Positions 1 through 7,182 of a DNA stretch of 25,849 nucleotides are shown piece by piece (position 1 is the first letter of the stretch; every line of letters begins with the position of its first letter). A program made the translations under genes and the position numbers. The stretch is taken from contig JAKRSE010000138.1 of assembly GCA_022402505.1 (NCBI GenBank), positions 1 to 25,849 on the forward strand, written 5' to 3'. The notes below the pieces were generated by a model that was given only the letters and a program-made list of their open reading frames with translations, did no database searches and had not been told where the DNA came from. The DNA comes from Fimbriimonadaceae bacterium. GTDB taxonomy: Bacteria; Armatimonadota; Fimbriimonadia; Fimbriimonadales; Fimbriimonadaceae.

Positions 1-51
1 GACCGAGTGAACGCGTGAGCCGAAGGGCGAACCCGTGAACCCGGGCGGCGG

Positions 52-501
52 TCAGGAGGGACGGGGGCGGCGCTTGGGGCCTTCCATCACCCGGACGATC
101 GATCGCGGAGGCACGGGCTCGGCCGGAGGTCCGGCCAGGGCGACCGCCTGCCGAACCAGAGCGGCCGCGTGGGCATCCAGATCCTCCACCCGCTCCAGCC
201 GGATGTGCCGAATCCGAGCCCCGGCGCCCTTCAGCCGACCCTCAAGATCCTCGAGCTGTACCCCCTGGGAGAACCCGAGGTTCACATACCGGGTGTAGAC
301 CGGGAGGTGGATGAAGTGGTCTCGATTCTTCTCGGTGAACCCGTAGGCCACCCCGACCGCGTTCGTCGCATCCCAGACGGTCTCGATGCACGGAGGCAGG
401 AGCTCCACCAGCCGGTTTCGCAAAGTGCGGGCGAGCTCCTGGGTCGCCGCCGGATAGGGGCTCAGGAACTCAACCCATTCGGGAGATTCGGGCAGGACCA
501 T
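52..501 (-). CDS. DUF1801/YdhG-like protein (149 aa)
   Basis: Start re-assigned to ATG at 501 (MVLPESPEW...), 2 bp after the VOC stop. Pattern 'R..L.ELLPPCIETVW...V.YG....HFIHL..YTRYVNLGFSQGVQLED..G.LKGAG..IRHI' resembles DUF1801. The ORF-track extension to 663 overlaps the VOC gene. Confidence 0.65.
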   Translation of the reverse strand: MVLPESPEWVEFLSPYPAATQELARTLRNRLVELLPPCIETVWDATNAVGVAYGFTEKNRDHFIHLPVYTRYVNLGFSQGVQLEDLEGRLKGAGARIRHIRLERVEDLDAHAAALVRQAVALAGPPAEPVPPRSIVRVMEGPKRRPRPS

Positions 502-503
502 GG

Positions 504-857
504 TCAATGGTATCGGCAGATGCTGAAGGTGTTCCCTTCCGTATCCTTCACCCGGGCGATGTCGCAGACGGAGGGGATGGTCACCTTCGGCATGGTGATC
601 TCGCCGCCGTTCGCCACGATCAGCGCCGAGACCCGGTCCACATCGTCCACGGCGATGGAGCATTCAAAGTTGCCGATGACGGTCGGAAAGGGCTCGTCCT
701 GCCGCTTCTGGATGGCCGAATGGAGGCCGCCGACTTCGGTCATGTAGAACCCGGGCGGACCCCAGGCGGTGTATTGCCAGCCGAAGACGGCCCCGTAGAA
801 CCCGACGGCCCGGTCAGGGTCCTCGGCGTTGATGGCGAAGTGGGAAAGCGTGTTCAT
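504..857 (-). CDS. VOC/glyoxalase-bleomycin resistance family protein
   Basis: MNTLSHFAINAEDPDRAVGFYGAVFGW...IAVDDVDRVSALIVANGG...KDTEGNTFSI is a typical VOC pattern. An alternative in-frame ATG lies at 875. Confidence 0.85.
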   Translation of the reverse strand: MNTLSHFAINAEDPDRAVGFYGAVFGWQYTAWGPPGFYMTEVGGLHSAIQKRQDEPFPTVIGNFECSIAVDDVDRVSALIVANGGEITMPKVTIPSVCDIARVKDTEGNTFSICRYH

Positions 858-908
858 CGAGCGTTCTTGAGCCATCCTGCGATTCTTGCACCGCTCGGGA
901 GTGTCGTG

Positions 909-1670
909 ATGCAGAATGATCGACAGAAAATGTCGATTTCCTGCCGGCCGGGTGATGCCGGCGTCCTGGTTCGGTTCTGGACCACCGACCACGTTCGGCC
1001 GGAGCCCGTTCTCTGGACCGAGAGCGAGTGGACCAAGCTCGTCTACGCGGCCGAGGGAGCCCTGCTTCTGACCCTCGATCAGGAGAGGCACCTTCTGCCC
1101 GCCAACCGCGCCCTCCTGCTGGGCCCTGGGCAGAGGCACCAGACGAGGACCACGGGCCGAGCCCGGATCAGGACCCTTTTCTTCGCCCCGAGCCTCGCGA
1201 TGCCCGGACGGTCCGGAGCCTTCGAGGTCCGCCCCCTGTTCCGCGAGCTGATCCGCGAGGCCTGCCGGGTGGGCCCGCTGCTGGAATCCGACCCGACCCA
1301 TGCCGCCCTCGCTCGACTCCTCATCTCCGAGGCGGCCTCCGCGCCTGAAGACTCCTTCAGCCTCAAAATGCCGATCGCCGAGTGGGCGACGGACTGGGCC
1401 GAGGCCTTTCTCGCCGATCCCGCCGAAGCCCCGGCGCCCGCCTGCTCGCGACGGACCCTGGAGCGCACGATTCTCCGAGAGACCGGCCTCACCCTGGGCG
1501 AGTGGAGCCGCCAGGCCCGCATGATGGCCGGGGTCCGCCTCCTCGCCGAAGGGGCTGCGGTCCAGGAAGCCGCCATGGCCGCCGGCTACCGGACCGCGGG
1601 AGGATTCATCCAATCACACCGACGGTTCTTCGGGCGGACGCCCGGCCGGAGGCTTCAAAGCTCAGACTGA
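909..1670 (+). CDS. AraC-family transcriptional regulator (N-terminal cupin-like domain, C-terminal double HTH)
   Basis: C-terminal SRRTLER...ETGLTLGEW.RQARM...LL..G..V...A..AGY....F.....RRFFG.TP matches AraC. It is divergent from the VOC gene. Start is ATG 909 or 930; the track start at 507 overlaps the VOC gene. Confidence 0.85.
   Translation: MQNDRQKMSISCRPGDAGVLVRFWTTDHVRPEPVLWTESEWTKLVYAAEGALLLTLDQERHLLPANRALLLGPGQRHQTRTTGRARIRTLFFAPSLAMPGRSGAFEVRPLFRELIREACRVGPLLESDPTHAALARLLISEAASAPEDSFSLKMPIAEWATDWAEAFLADPAEAPAPACSRRTLERTILRETGLTLGEWSRQARMMAGVRLLAEGAAVQEAAMAAGYRTAGGFIQSHRRFFGRTPGRRLQSSD
919..937. promoter_or_regulatory. Inverted repeat ATCGACA-N5-TGTCGAT, possible operator
   Basis: Perfect 7-bp arms seen directly at the araC start, near the divergent VOC start. 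Function is inferred. Confidence 0.3.
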
Positions 1671-1693
1671 GCGAGGACGCAAACTGATGTCGG

Positions 1694-1707
1694 TATGATC
1701 AAGGAGG
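1694..1707 (+). promoter_or_regulatory. TATGAT (-10-like) followed by Shine-Dalgarno-like AAGGAGG
   Basis: Sequence reads TATGAT-C-AAGGAGG-AC-ATG(1710). The SD-to-ATG spacing is only 2 nt, so support for the 1710 start is weak. Confidence 0.3.
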
Positions 1708-1709
1708 AC

Positions 1710-2957
1710 ATGAGGCCCATCGGCGAAATTCCTCCAGAAAGAATGGCGCCTCGGCCGGCCGCCGGAGACCTGATCCTCCTGGCGATCTTCGCCTTCACGC
1801 TCGCGGCCGTCTCGTTCCGAGGACTCTCCCCCTATGTCATCCTGCAGACCGCTCCCGGGTACGAATTCGGCTTCGCCCGCCGAGGCCTCCTCGGATTCCT
1901 GATCGGCCGCGTCTCCGAAGACGCCCTGCTCGGGATGCTGATTCTCGGGGCCGGGGGAATCGTGCTGGCGACCGTGATGGTTCTGGTCCTGCTCCGTGAA
2001 TGGTCGCGCCTGCTCCCGAACCGAGTGGACGCCGGACTCATCGCGCTGCCCGTCCTCGCCTCGTCGTTCACCCTTCAGCAGTGGGCGAGCGACCTCGGAC
2101 GGGCCGACATCTGGGCCGTTTCCGCCCTGGCCGCCGTCGCCTGGGCGGTCATCCGAGGAGCCTGGAACCTCGCGCTCGGCTTCGCTGTGGCGTCCGGTTT
2201 GATCCTGGCCCTGATGCATGAAGGCGTCGCGTTCTGGTTCTGCATCGCCTCGGCCGGGCTGTTGTGGAGCGTCGCCGCAAGCGGACGGCAGAAGATCGCG
2301 GCCCTCGTGGCCGGAGCAGCCGGGCTCGCCGTCGCCGCCTTCGTCGCCATCCGCTTCCCCTTGAAGAATGTCGTGACCGAGGAGCGGCTCCTTCAGGCCA
2401 TGGAGGGGAGGTTCGCCGCGCGGACCATCGGGGAATGGCGTCCGTTCGAGGACTTCTTCTCAGTCGACGGCTTGACCGACCCGTTTCATCCGCTCCTGAT
2501 GCACCTGGCCGACCCTCGCGATCAAATCGCCGAGGCCCTCTCCCGACTCTTCAGCCTGGGCAGTCTGACGGCCCACCTCTGGTTCTTCGTGCTCTTCGGT
2601 CCGGTTCTGGCCGCCGCCGCCGTCCTGCTTGGGAAGATGATCGCCCGGGAACGGTCGCGGCTGACGATCCTGGGCGCCGTCTGCCTCGTTCCTCTGCTGC
2701 TGGGGTTCGTCGCCATCGACTACGGCCGGTGGTGGTCGATGGCGTTTCTCAGCCTGACCCTGCTGGTTCCCTCGGCCCTGATCGCCCGGGGACGAGCTTC
2801 GGAATTTGCCGAGGCCGTCCGAGAGAGCCGGGTCTGGATCGCCGCCGCCATCGTGTGGAGCCTCGCGGTCGGCCCGGTCTCGACCACCCTGGAATCGATC
2901 CGCTGGGAGGAGGCGAAATGGCGGATCATCGAGATGTTCTCCATGCTCGCCGGCTAG
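1710..2957 (+). CDS. Polytopic integral membrane protein of unknown function (GT-C-like topology possible)
   Basis: Many hydrophobic segments with polar loop motifs RRGLLG, DLGRAD, MHE and IDYGRW. Start may be 1695 or 1710. Confidence 0.7.
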   Translation: MRPIGEIPPERMAPRPAAGDLILLAIFAFTLAAVSFRGLSPYVILQTAPGYEFGFARRGLLGFLIGRVSEDALLGMLILGAGGIVLATVMVLVLLREWSRLLPNRVDAGLIALPVLASSFTLQQWASDLGRADIWAVSALAAVAWAVIRGAWNLALGFAVASGLILALMHEGVAFWFCIASAGLLWSVAASGRQKIAALVAGAAGLAVAAFVAIRFPLKNVVTEERLLQAMEGRFAARTIGEWRPFEDFFSVDGLTDPFHPLLMHLADPRDQIAEALSRLFSLGSLTAHLWFFVLFGPVLAAAAVLLGKMIARERSRLTILGAVCLVPLLLGFVAIDYGRWWSMAFLSLTLLVPSALIARGRASEFAEAVRESRVWIAAAIVWSLAVGPVSTTLESIRWEEAKWRIIEMFSMLAG

Positions 2958-3095
2958 GACCTGTTCACGCGTTTTCGAACCCGAGGCGATGGAGGCTCTT
3001 TCTGATCTCGGCGAGGGCCGACCCTGGGGTGCCCCGACCTGACGGCCGACTCAAGCCTGATGACGAAAGCCGTGACGGTTGGTCGGCCGCAGGTC

Positions 3096-3276
3096 GGGAA
3101 GCAGGGGGCTCGGCCATCGCGACGCACAACAGGGACCGTCGCTTGAACCTGGCCTGCGCCGGATCATGGCCTTTCCGCTTCGAGCCGGGCCGGCGGTCCG
3201 TCGACAGGCCAGGGCACCCACTGTCAGGCGGGCGCGAGTAGACAGGAACGTGTGAGCACGCCCTAGCCCTGTTCCC
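3096..3276. ncRNA. Candidate structured ncRNA, 6S RNA-like rod (~180 nt), strand uncertain
   Basis: By-eye pairing: 3096-3114 with 3260-3276 (closing stem), 3148-3156 with 3205-3213 (perfect 9 bp), 3157-3162 with 3190-3195, with a less-paired centre. The minus strand contains UGGGUGCC and CAGGUUCAAGCGACGG, which recall 6S motifs. No covariance-model search was run. Confidence 0.4.
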
Positions 3277-3373
3277 GCCTTCATGGGTCCGAGGCGGTGG
3301 AGGTTCCTGCTGTTCTCAGCGGGAGCCATTCGCAAGGTGCCTGGCCTCATGAGGGAAGCAGGGGGGCTCGGCC
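3096..3373 (+). repeat. Direct repeat GGGAAGCAGGGGG(G)CTCGGCC, copies at 3096-3115 and 3353-3373
   Basis: Two copies are identical apart from one extra G in the G-run. A partly complementary segment lies between them at 3260-3276. Confidence 0.8.
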
Positions 3374-3396
3374 TTCGGAGTGCGCCGGCTGAACAG

Positions 3397-3421
3397 CTCC
3401 CCTGGTTTGAAGCCAGGGGAG
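3397..3421 (-). terminator. GC-rich hairpin downstream of the cyclophilin pair (terminator-like, no U-tract)
   Basis: CTCCCCTGG-N7-CCAGGGGAG, 15 bp past the stop codon at 3437. Confidence 0.4.
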
Positions 3422-3436
3422 TGTGGACGCACGGGG

Positions 3437-3967
3437 TCAGGCCAGAGGCCAGGTCTGAACCGTGACCGACTCCATCACCGCCGGATTCTCATCCAGCGGG
3501 TTGTCGTTGCGGTCCCGCTTCAGGGCGACGATCTTGTCGACGACATCCAGGCCGTCGATGACCCGACCGAAGACGGTGTACTGGCGGTCCAGATGCGGCA
3601 CCCGGTCCACGCAGACGAAGAACTGGCTGCCGGCCGAGTTCGGATCGCTGGTCCGAGCCATGCTCAGAATCCCCTTGGTGTGGGGAATCTCGTTGAACTC
3701 GGCCGGCACCGTATAGCCCGGGCCGCCCGTGCCGTGCAGGTGTCGAGGCTTGTCCTTGGTGTTCGGGTCGCCGCCCTGGATCACGAAGCCGGGGATGATC
3801 CGGTGGAACTTCACGCCGTTGTAGAAGCCGTCGCTGCTCAGCTTCTTGAAGCTCTCGACGTGCTTCGGAGCGACCTCGGGGAAGAACTGAAAGACCATGC
3901 GGCCGAGGTTGGTCTCCACGACCACGACCTCTTCGCCCGCCACCGCATCCTTCGGGACGAAGCTCAC
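3437..3967 (-). CDS. Cyclophilin-type peptidyl-prolyl cis-trans isomerase, cytoplasmic (176 aa)
   Basis: FHRIIPGFVIQGGDP, GILSMAR, SAGSQFF, LDRQYTVFGRV. GTG start at 3967 overlaps the upstream TGA (GTGA), with AGGAGG upstream. Confidence 0.92.
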   Translation of the reverse strand: MSFVPKDAVAGEEVVVVETNLGRMVFQFFPEVAPKHVESFKKLSSDGFYNGVKFHRIIPGFVIQGGDPNTKDKPRHLHGTGGPGYTVPAEFNEIPHTKGILSMARTSDPNSAGSQFFVCVDRVPHLDRQYTVFGRVIDGLDVVDKIVALKRDRNDNPLDENPAVMESVTVQTWPLA

Positions 3968-4707
3968 TGAGCCTCCTCCTTCGGTGCGGCCGGACCGTCG
4001 GCCTTCACCCCGTCGACCGGCCACTTGTCCATCCGGATCGACTTGACCACGACCGCGTTGGCCGGCTCGACCGAACCGTTGTTGTTCACGTCGCCCGTCT
4101 TCACAATCTGGTCGATCACGGTCATTCCGGCCACGGTCTCACCGAAGGCCGAATACTGCCCGTTCAGGCCCTCGTTGTCGGCCTGCATGATGAAGAACTG
4201 GCTGCTGGCCGAGTTCGGATCGTTGCTGCGGGCCATGCTCAGGACGCCGCGCTTGTGGCTCAGGTCGCTGGGCTCCAGGGCGACCATCCGCTCCCGGCCT
4301 CCCTCCATGAATCCGCCGGTGCCCCACTCGGCCGCTCGACTCATCTCCTTGGAGTTCGGGTCGCCGCCCTGGATCATGAAGCCCAGGATGCAGCGGTGGA
4401 ACCGAGTGCCGTCATAGAACTTGCGGCCGACCAGGTCCTTGAAGTTTTCGACATGCTTCGGCGCCTTGTCCGGGCGGAACCGAACCACGATCTTGCCCTT
4501 GTCGGTGTCGATGACCGCCACTTCCTCGCCGGGCTGAACCGTGGCCGAGACTTCGGCGGCCGGCTCCGGCTTGGGGGTCACCGCCGCTTCGGTTTCGGCT
4601 TCGGGAGTCGGGGCAGGCTCGGTCGGAGCGGGCTCGGACGGGGCGCAGCCCCAGGCCAGGCTGAACGCCGCCACGGCCAACGTCGGGATCCAGAACGGAA
4701 CCTTCAT
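3964..4707 (-). CDS. Cyclophilin-type PPIase, probable lipoprotein with Pro/Ala/Glu-rich linker (247 aa)
   Basis: Start MKVPFWIPTLAVAAFSLAWG|C gives a plausible, slightly non-canonical lipobox. Motifs FHRCILGFMIQGGDP, GVLSMAR, SASSQFF, LNGQYSAFGE. Confidence 0.9.
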   Translation of the reverse strand: MKVPFWIPTLAVAAFSLAWGCAPSEPAPTEPAPTPEAETEAAVTPKPEPAAEVSATVQPGEEVAVIDTDKGKIVVRFRPDKAPKHVENFKDLVGRKFYDGTRFHRCILGFMIQGGDPNSKEMSRAAEWGTGGFMEGGRERMVALEPSDLSHKRGVLSMARSNDPNSASSQFFIMQADNEGLNGQYSAFGETVAGMTVIDQIVKTGDVNNNGSVEPANAVVVKSIRMDKWPVDGVKADGPAAPKEEAQ

Positions 4708-4714
4708 AGGTTTG

Positions 4715-4720
4715 ATGGTA
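4715..4720 (-). promoter_or_regulatory. -10 element TACCAT of a probable leaderless promoter
   Basis: Minus strand reads TACCAT-caaacct-ATG(4707), with no SD sequence. Confidence 0.4.
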
Positions 4721-4867
4721 CCGGCGCAGCGAAAACCGCCTCCGGGAGGGACCGCCGGTCGAAAAACCTCAAGCGACACTCCAGAGATCGGGTCTGCCGC
4801 CCGAACATCTGATGTGGAGCCGTTCCGGGCCCGGCATATCTGCCGGCTGCCCCTGAGGACGGATGGC

Positions 4868-6100
4868 ATGGCAGCGATGTGGGAACTGGGTGCAGCGGCA
4901 GGAGCCGGATTGGCAGCGGGCATGGTCGGCATGCGCCTCCTCGCCGGGCGATCCAGGAGGAAGGGGCCCGCCCTCTCCGAGAGCGCCCTGGCCGCCGCCT
5001 GTGAACGCATGAGCGAGACGGGAGGAGATGACGACTCGCTCGCCCAGGCCGTCGCCTCAGCCGCCCGACTGGTCGGCGCCGAAGCCGCCGGACTCTACCT
5101 GACCGAAGGCGAAGGCATCCTCTTCATCTGCGCCGCCACCTGGACGAGCCGCGATTCCGTCGCCTTTCCCCGCCTCGTCACCATGGGACAGGGCCTGATC
5201 GGTCACGCCGTGGAACTGGGTCAGGAGATTCGAGCCTCGCGCAACGGCGAGGACCCCGGCGCCCTGATCGAGCTGGACTCCAGAACCCAAGCGGTCGTCG
5301 TTCTTCCCCTCTCCACCGCCCACCACCCCGCCGGAGGCACCCAGAGGGTCAACCGGGTTGTCGGCGCCCTCGTTCTCAGCCACTTTTCCGACGTCAAGGC
5401 TCTGGCCGGAGCCGGACTGGAACCCGCCCGAGCCGCCGCCTCCGTGCTCGCAATGGCCATCGGCTACCGAATGCTCGAGCAGTTCCAGCAGGAGACGCTG
5501 GTCCAGGCGATGCAGGCCGTTTCGCACCACCTGGAAGAGAAGGATCCCTATGTGGCCGGGCATTCGCACCGGGCGGGAGCGCTGGCCCTGCTCATCGGTC
5601 GCCGACTCCAGCTCGACCGCACCTCCCTCGATCACCTGCGCCTGGGGATGGCCCTGCACGACATCGGCAAGGTCGCCGTCTCCGACGAGATCCTGCACAA
5701 GACCACGAAGCTGACCGACGAAGAGTTCCGACAGATCGCCCGGCACACTGAGGTCGGGTTCGAAATCTGCCGGCCGCTCCGACTCCCGCCCGAAGTCCTT
5801 TCGATCATCCGCAGCCACCACGAACGGCTGGATGGTTCGGGCTACCCGGACGGACTCCGCGCCGACGAGATGCCGCTGATCCTCCGCATCGCCGGAGTCA
5901 GCATCGCCTACGACGCCATGAAGTCCAAGCGGCCGTGGCGACCCGCCCTCACGGCAGCCGAAACCCTGACCGAACTCGCCAAGGTCGCCGGCCGCCATGT
6001 GGACCCGACGGTCGTCCAGGCCCTCCAGTCCGTGGTCACGGAAGGCGACTACTTCGACATCTATCCTGAAGACCGACCGGAACGACTGGGGGCCGCATGA
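4868..6100 (+). CDS. N-terminal hydrophobic segment + GAF + HD-GYP domain protein with a non-canonical active site
   Basis: EEKDPYVAGHS, LHDIGK, RH..VG and HHERLDGSGYPDGL are present. The conserved 'VAD.(F/Y)DAM' reads VSIAYDAM. GAGGA lies upstream of ATG 4868 (alternative start 4877). Confidence 0.85.
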   Translation: MAAMWELGAAAGAGLAAGMVGMRLLAGRSRRKGPALSESALAAACERMSETGGDDDSLAQAVASAARLVGAEAAGLYLTEGEGILFICAATWTSRDSVAFPRLVTMGQGLIGHAVELGQEIRASRNGEDPGALIELDSRTQAVVVLPLSTAHHPAGGTQRVNRVVGALVLSHFSDVKALAGAGLEPARAAASVLAMAIGYRMLEQFQQETLVQAMQAVSHHLEEKDPYVAGHSHRAGALALLIGRRLQLDRTSLDHLRLGMALHDIGKVAVSDEILHKTTKLTDEEFRQIARHTEVGFEICRPLRLPPEVLSIIRSHHERLDGSGYPDGLRADEMPLILRIAGVSIAYDAMKSKRPWRPALTAAETLTELAKVAGRHVDPTVVQALQSVVTEGDYFDIYPEDRPERLGAA

Positions 6101-7182
6101 GCCCGGCGCTCGGAGTGGACCTGGGACGCGGCGAAATCAAGGTCGCCGCCCTCGCCCGGACCCATCGCAAGATCCGGGTCGTGGGCGTCGCCGTGCTGCC
6201 CGCCAAGCCGGACGATCCTCGATCGGCGGCGCGAAGCCTGCAGAAGCTCTGCCAGGCCCGAGGCTGGTCCGGAGCTCCCTGCGCCTTCGGAGTCGATCTC
6301 GACGAGACGACCCTGAAATGGACTCAGATGCCGCCCGTCGCCCCGGAAGACCGTCTCGGCGCGGCCGGGTCGATCATCCGCCGGGATCTCAACTCGCCGC
6401 TGGAAGAGACGTTCCTCGCCCTCCATTCCGGAGCGGACGACGAATCGCTGATCACCGCCGTTCATCGGGACTCGCTCGACCGCCGAGCCAACCTTCTGCT
6501 CGGGATCGGGCTCCAGCCGGTCCACGCCGAATTCGAAGGCCTCTCGATCCACCGCCTGGTTCAAAAGGCGCGGGCCGGGATGGTCGGAGGGGCCAGCACC
6601 ACCGTCGTCGATCTGGGCCGACGATCCACCCGGATGTACATTCTCCAGGGGAACCGCTTCCGGTTCTCCCGCACCATCGCCTTCGGGGCCGACGGACTGA
6701 TCCAGCGGCTTGTGAACGACCTGGACATCGGCCCGGATGAGGCGGTCGAGCTGCTTCACGACCCGGATTCCTACCTCACGATTCAGGGCTCGCTCCATCT
6801 GCCGTTTCGGAACAGCCATGCGGTCGTTTCGGTGGTCGAAGAGCTCCGGCTCCTGGCCCGCGAGTTCAGCCGGCTCATCAAGTACTTCCGATCGATCCAC
6901 CCCAGCCGCAGCTTCGGAGGACTGCTGGACGCCTTCCAGCTCACCGGCGGCCTGGCCGGCCTGATCGGACTCAGCGACTTCATCGGCCAAGAGGTCGGGA
7001 TGGCGGTTCAGTCGTTGAACCCCTTCGCCGGACTCGCCATGGACCTTCCCGCCGACGAACTCCGATCGGCCCTCATCTCTCCGAACCGGTTCGCCGCCGC
7101 CGTGGGCCTCGCCCTGGCGCTCGAACCGGATTTCGCCGCCCCTGCCCGAGAGGTCGGACATGTCTGGACCCGCGACGCTTGA
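6097..7182 (+). CDS. pilM: PilM-like actin-fold assembly protein
   Basis: LGVDLG..EIK, VVDLGRRST and LTGG actin-like motifs; FRFSRTIAFGADGL..RL. ATGA overlap with the HD-GYP gene. Confidence 0.8.
   Translation: MSPALGVDLGRGEIKVAALARTHRKIRVVGVAVLPAKPDDPRSAARSLQKLCQARGWSGAPCAFGVDLDETTLKWTQMPPVAPEDRLGAAGSIIRRDLNSPLEETFLALHSGADDESLITAVHRDSLDRRANLLLGIGLQPVHAEFEGLSIHRLVQKARAGMVGGASTTVVDLGRRSTRMYILQGNRFRFSRTIAFGADGLIQRLVNDLDIGPDEAVELLHDPDSYLTIQGSLHLPFRNSHAVVSVVEELRLLAREFSRLIKYFRSIHPSRSFGGLLDAFQLTGGLAGLIGLSDFIGQEVGMAVQSLNPFAGLAMDLPADELRSALISPNRFAAAVGLALALEPDFAAPAREVGHVWTRDA

Noticed and set aside
3090-3104. CAGGTCGGGAAGCAG resembling SRP RNA helix 8
   Set aside because: SRP needs CAGG-stem-GNRA-stem-AGCAG. 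The intervening stem-loop is missing.
3141-3345. Fragments resembling TPP (TTGAACCTG), SAM-I (GCGGTGGAGG...AAGGTGCC) and c-di-GMP-I riboswitches
   Set aside because: The other required conserved blocks are absent or out of order, and the region lies between two gene 3' ends, not in a leader.
3051-3350. 99-aa minus-strand ORF in the structured intergenic region
   Set aside because: Arg/Pro/Gly-rich composition typical of non-coding high-GC frames, no SD, no motif. RNA structure explains the region better.
4728-4770. Possible c-di-GMP-I riboswitch upstream of the HD-GYP/pilus operon (GCGAAAACC...GGGAC)
   Set aside because: No GNRA tetraloop, no GCAAAG segment and no P2 receptor helix; the similarity is superficial.
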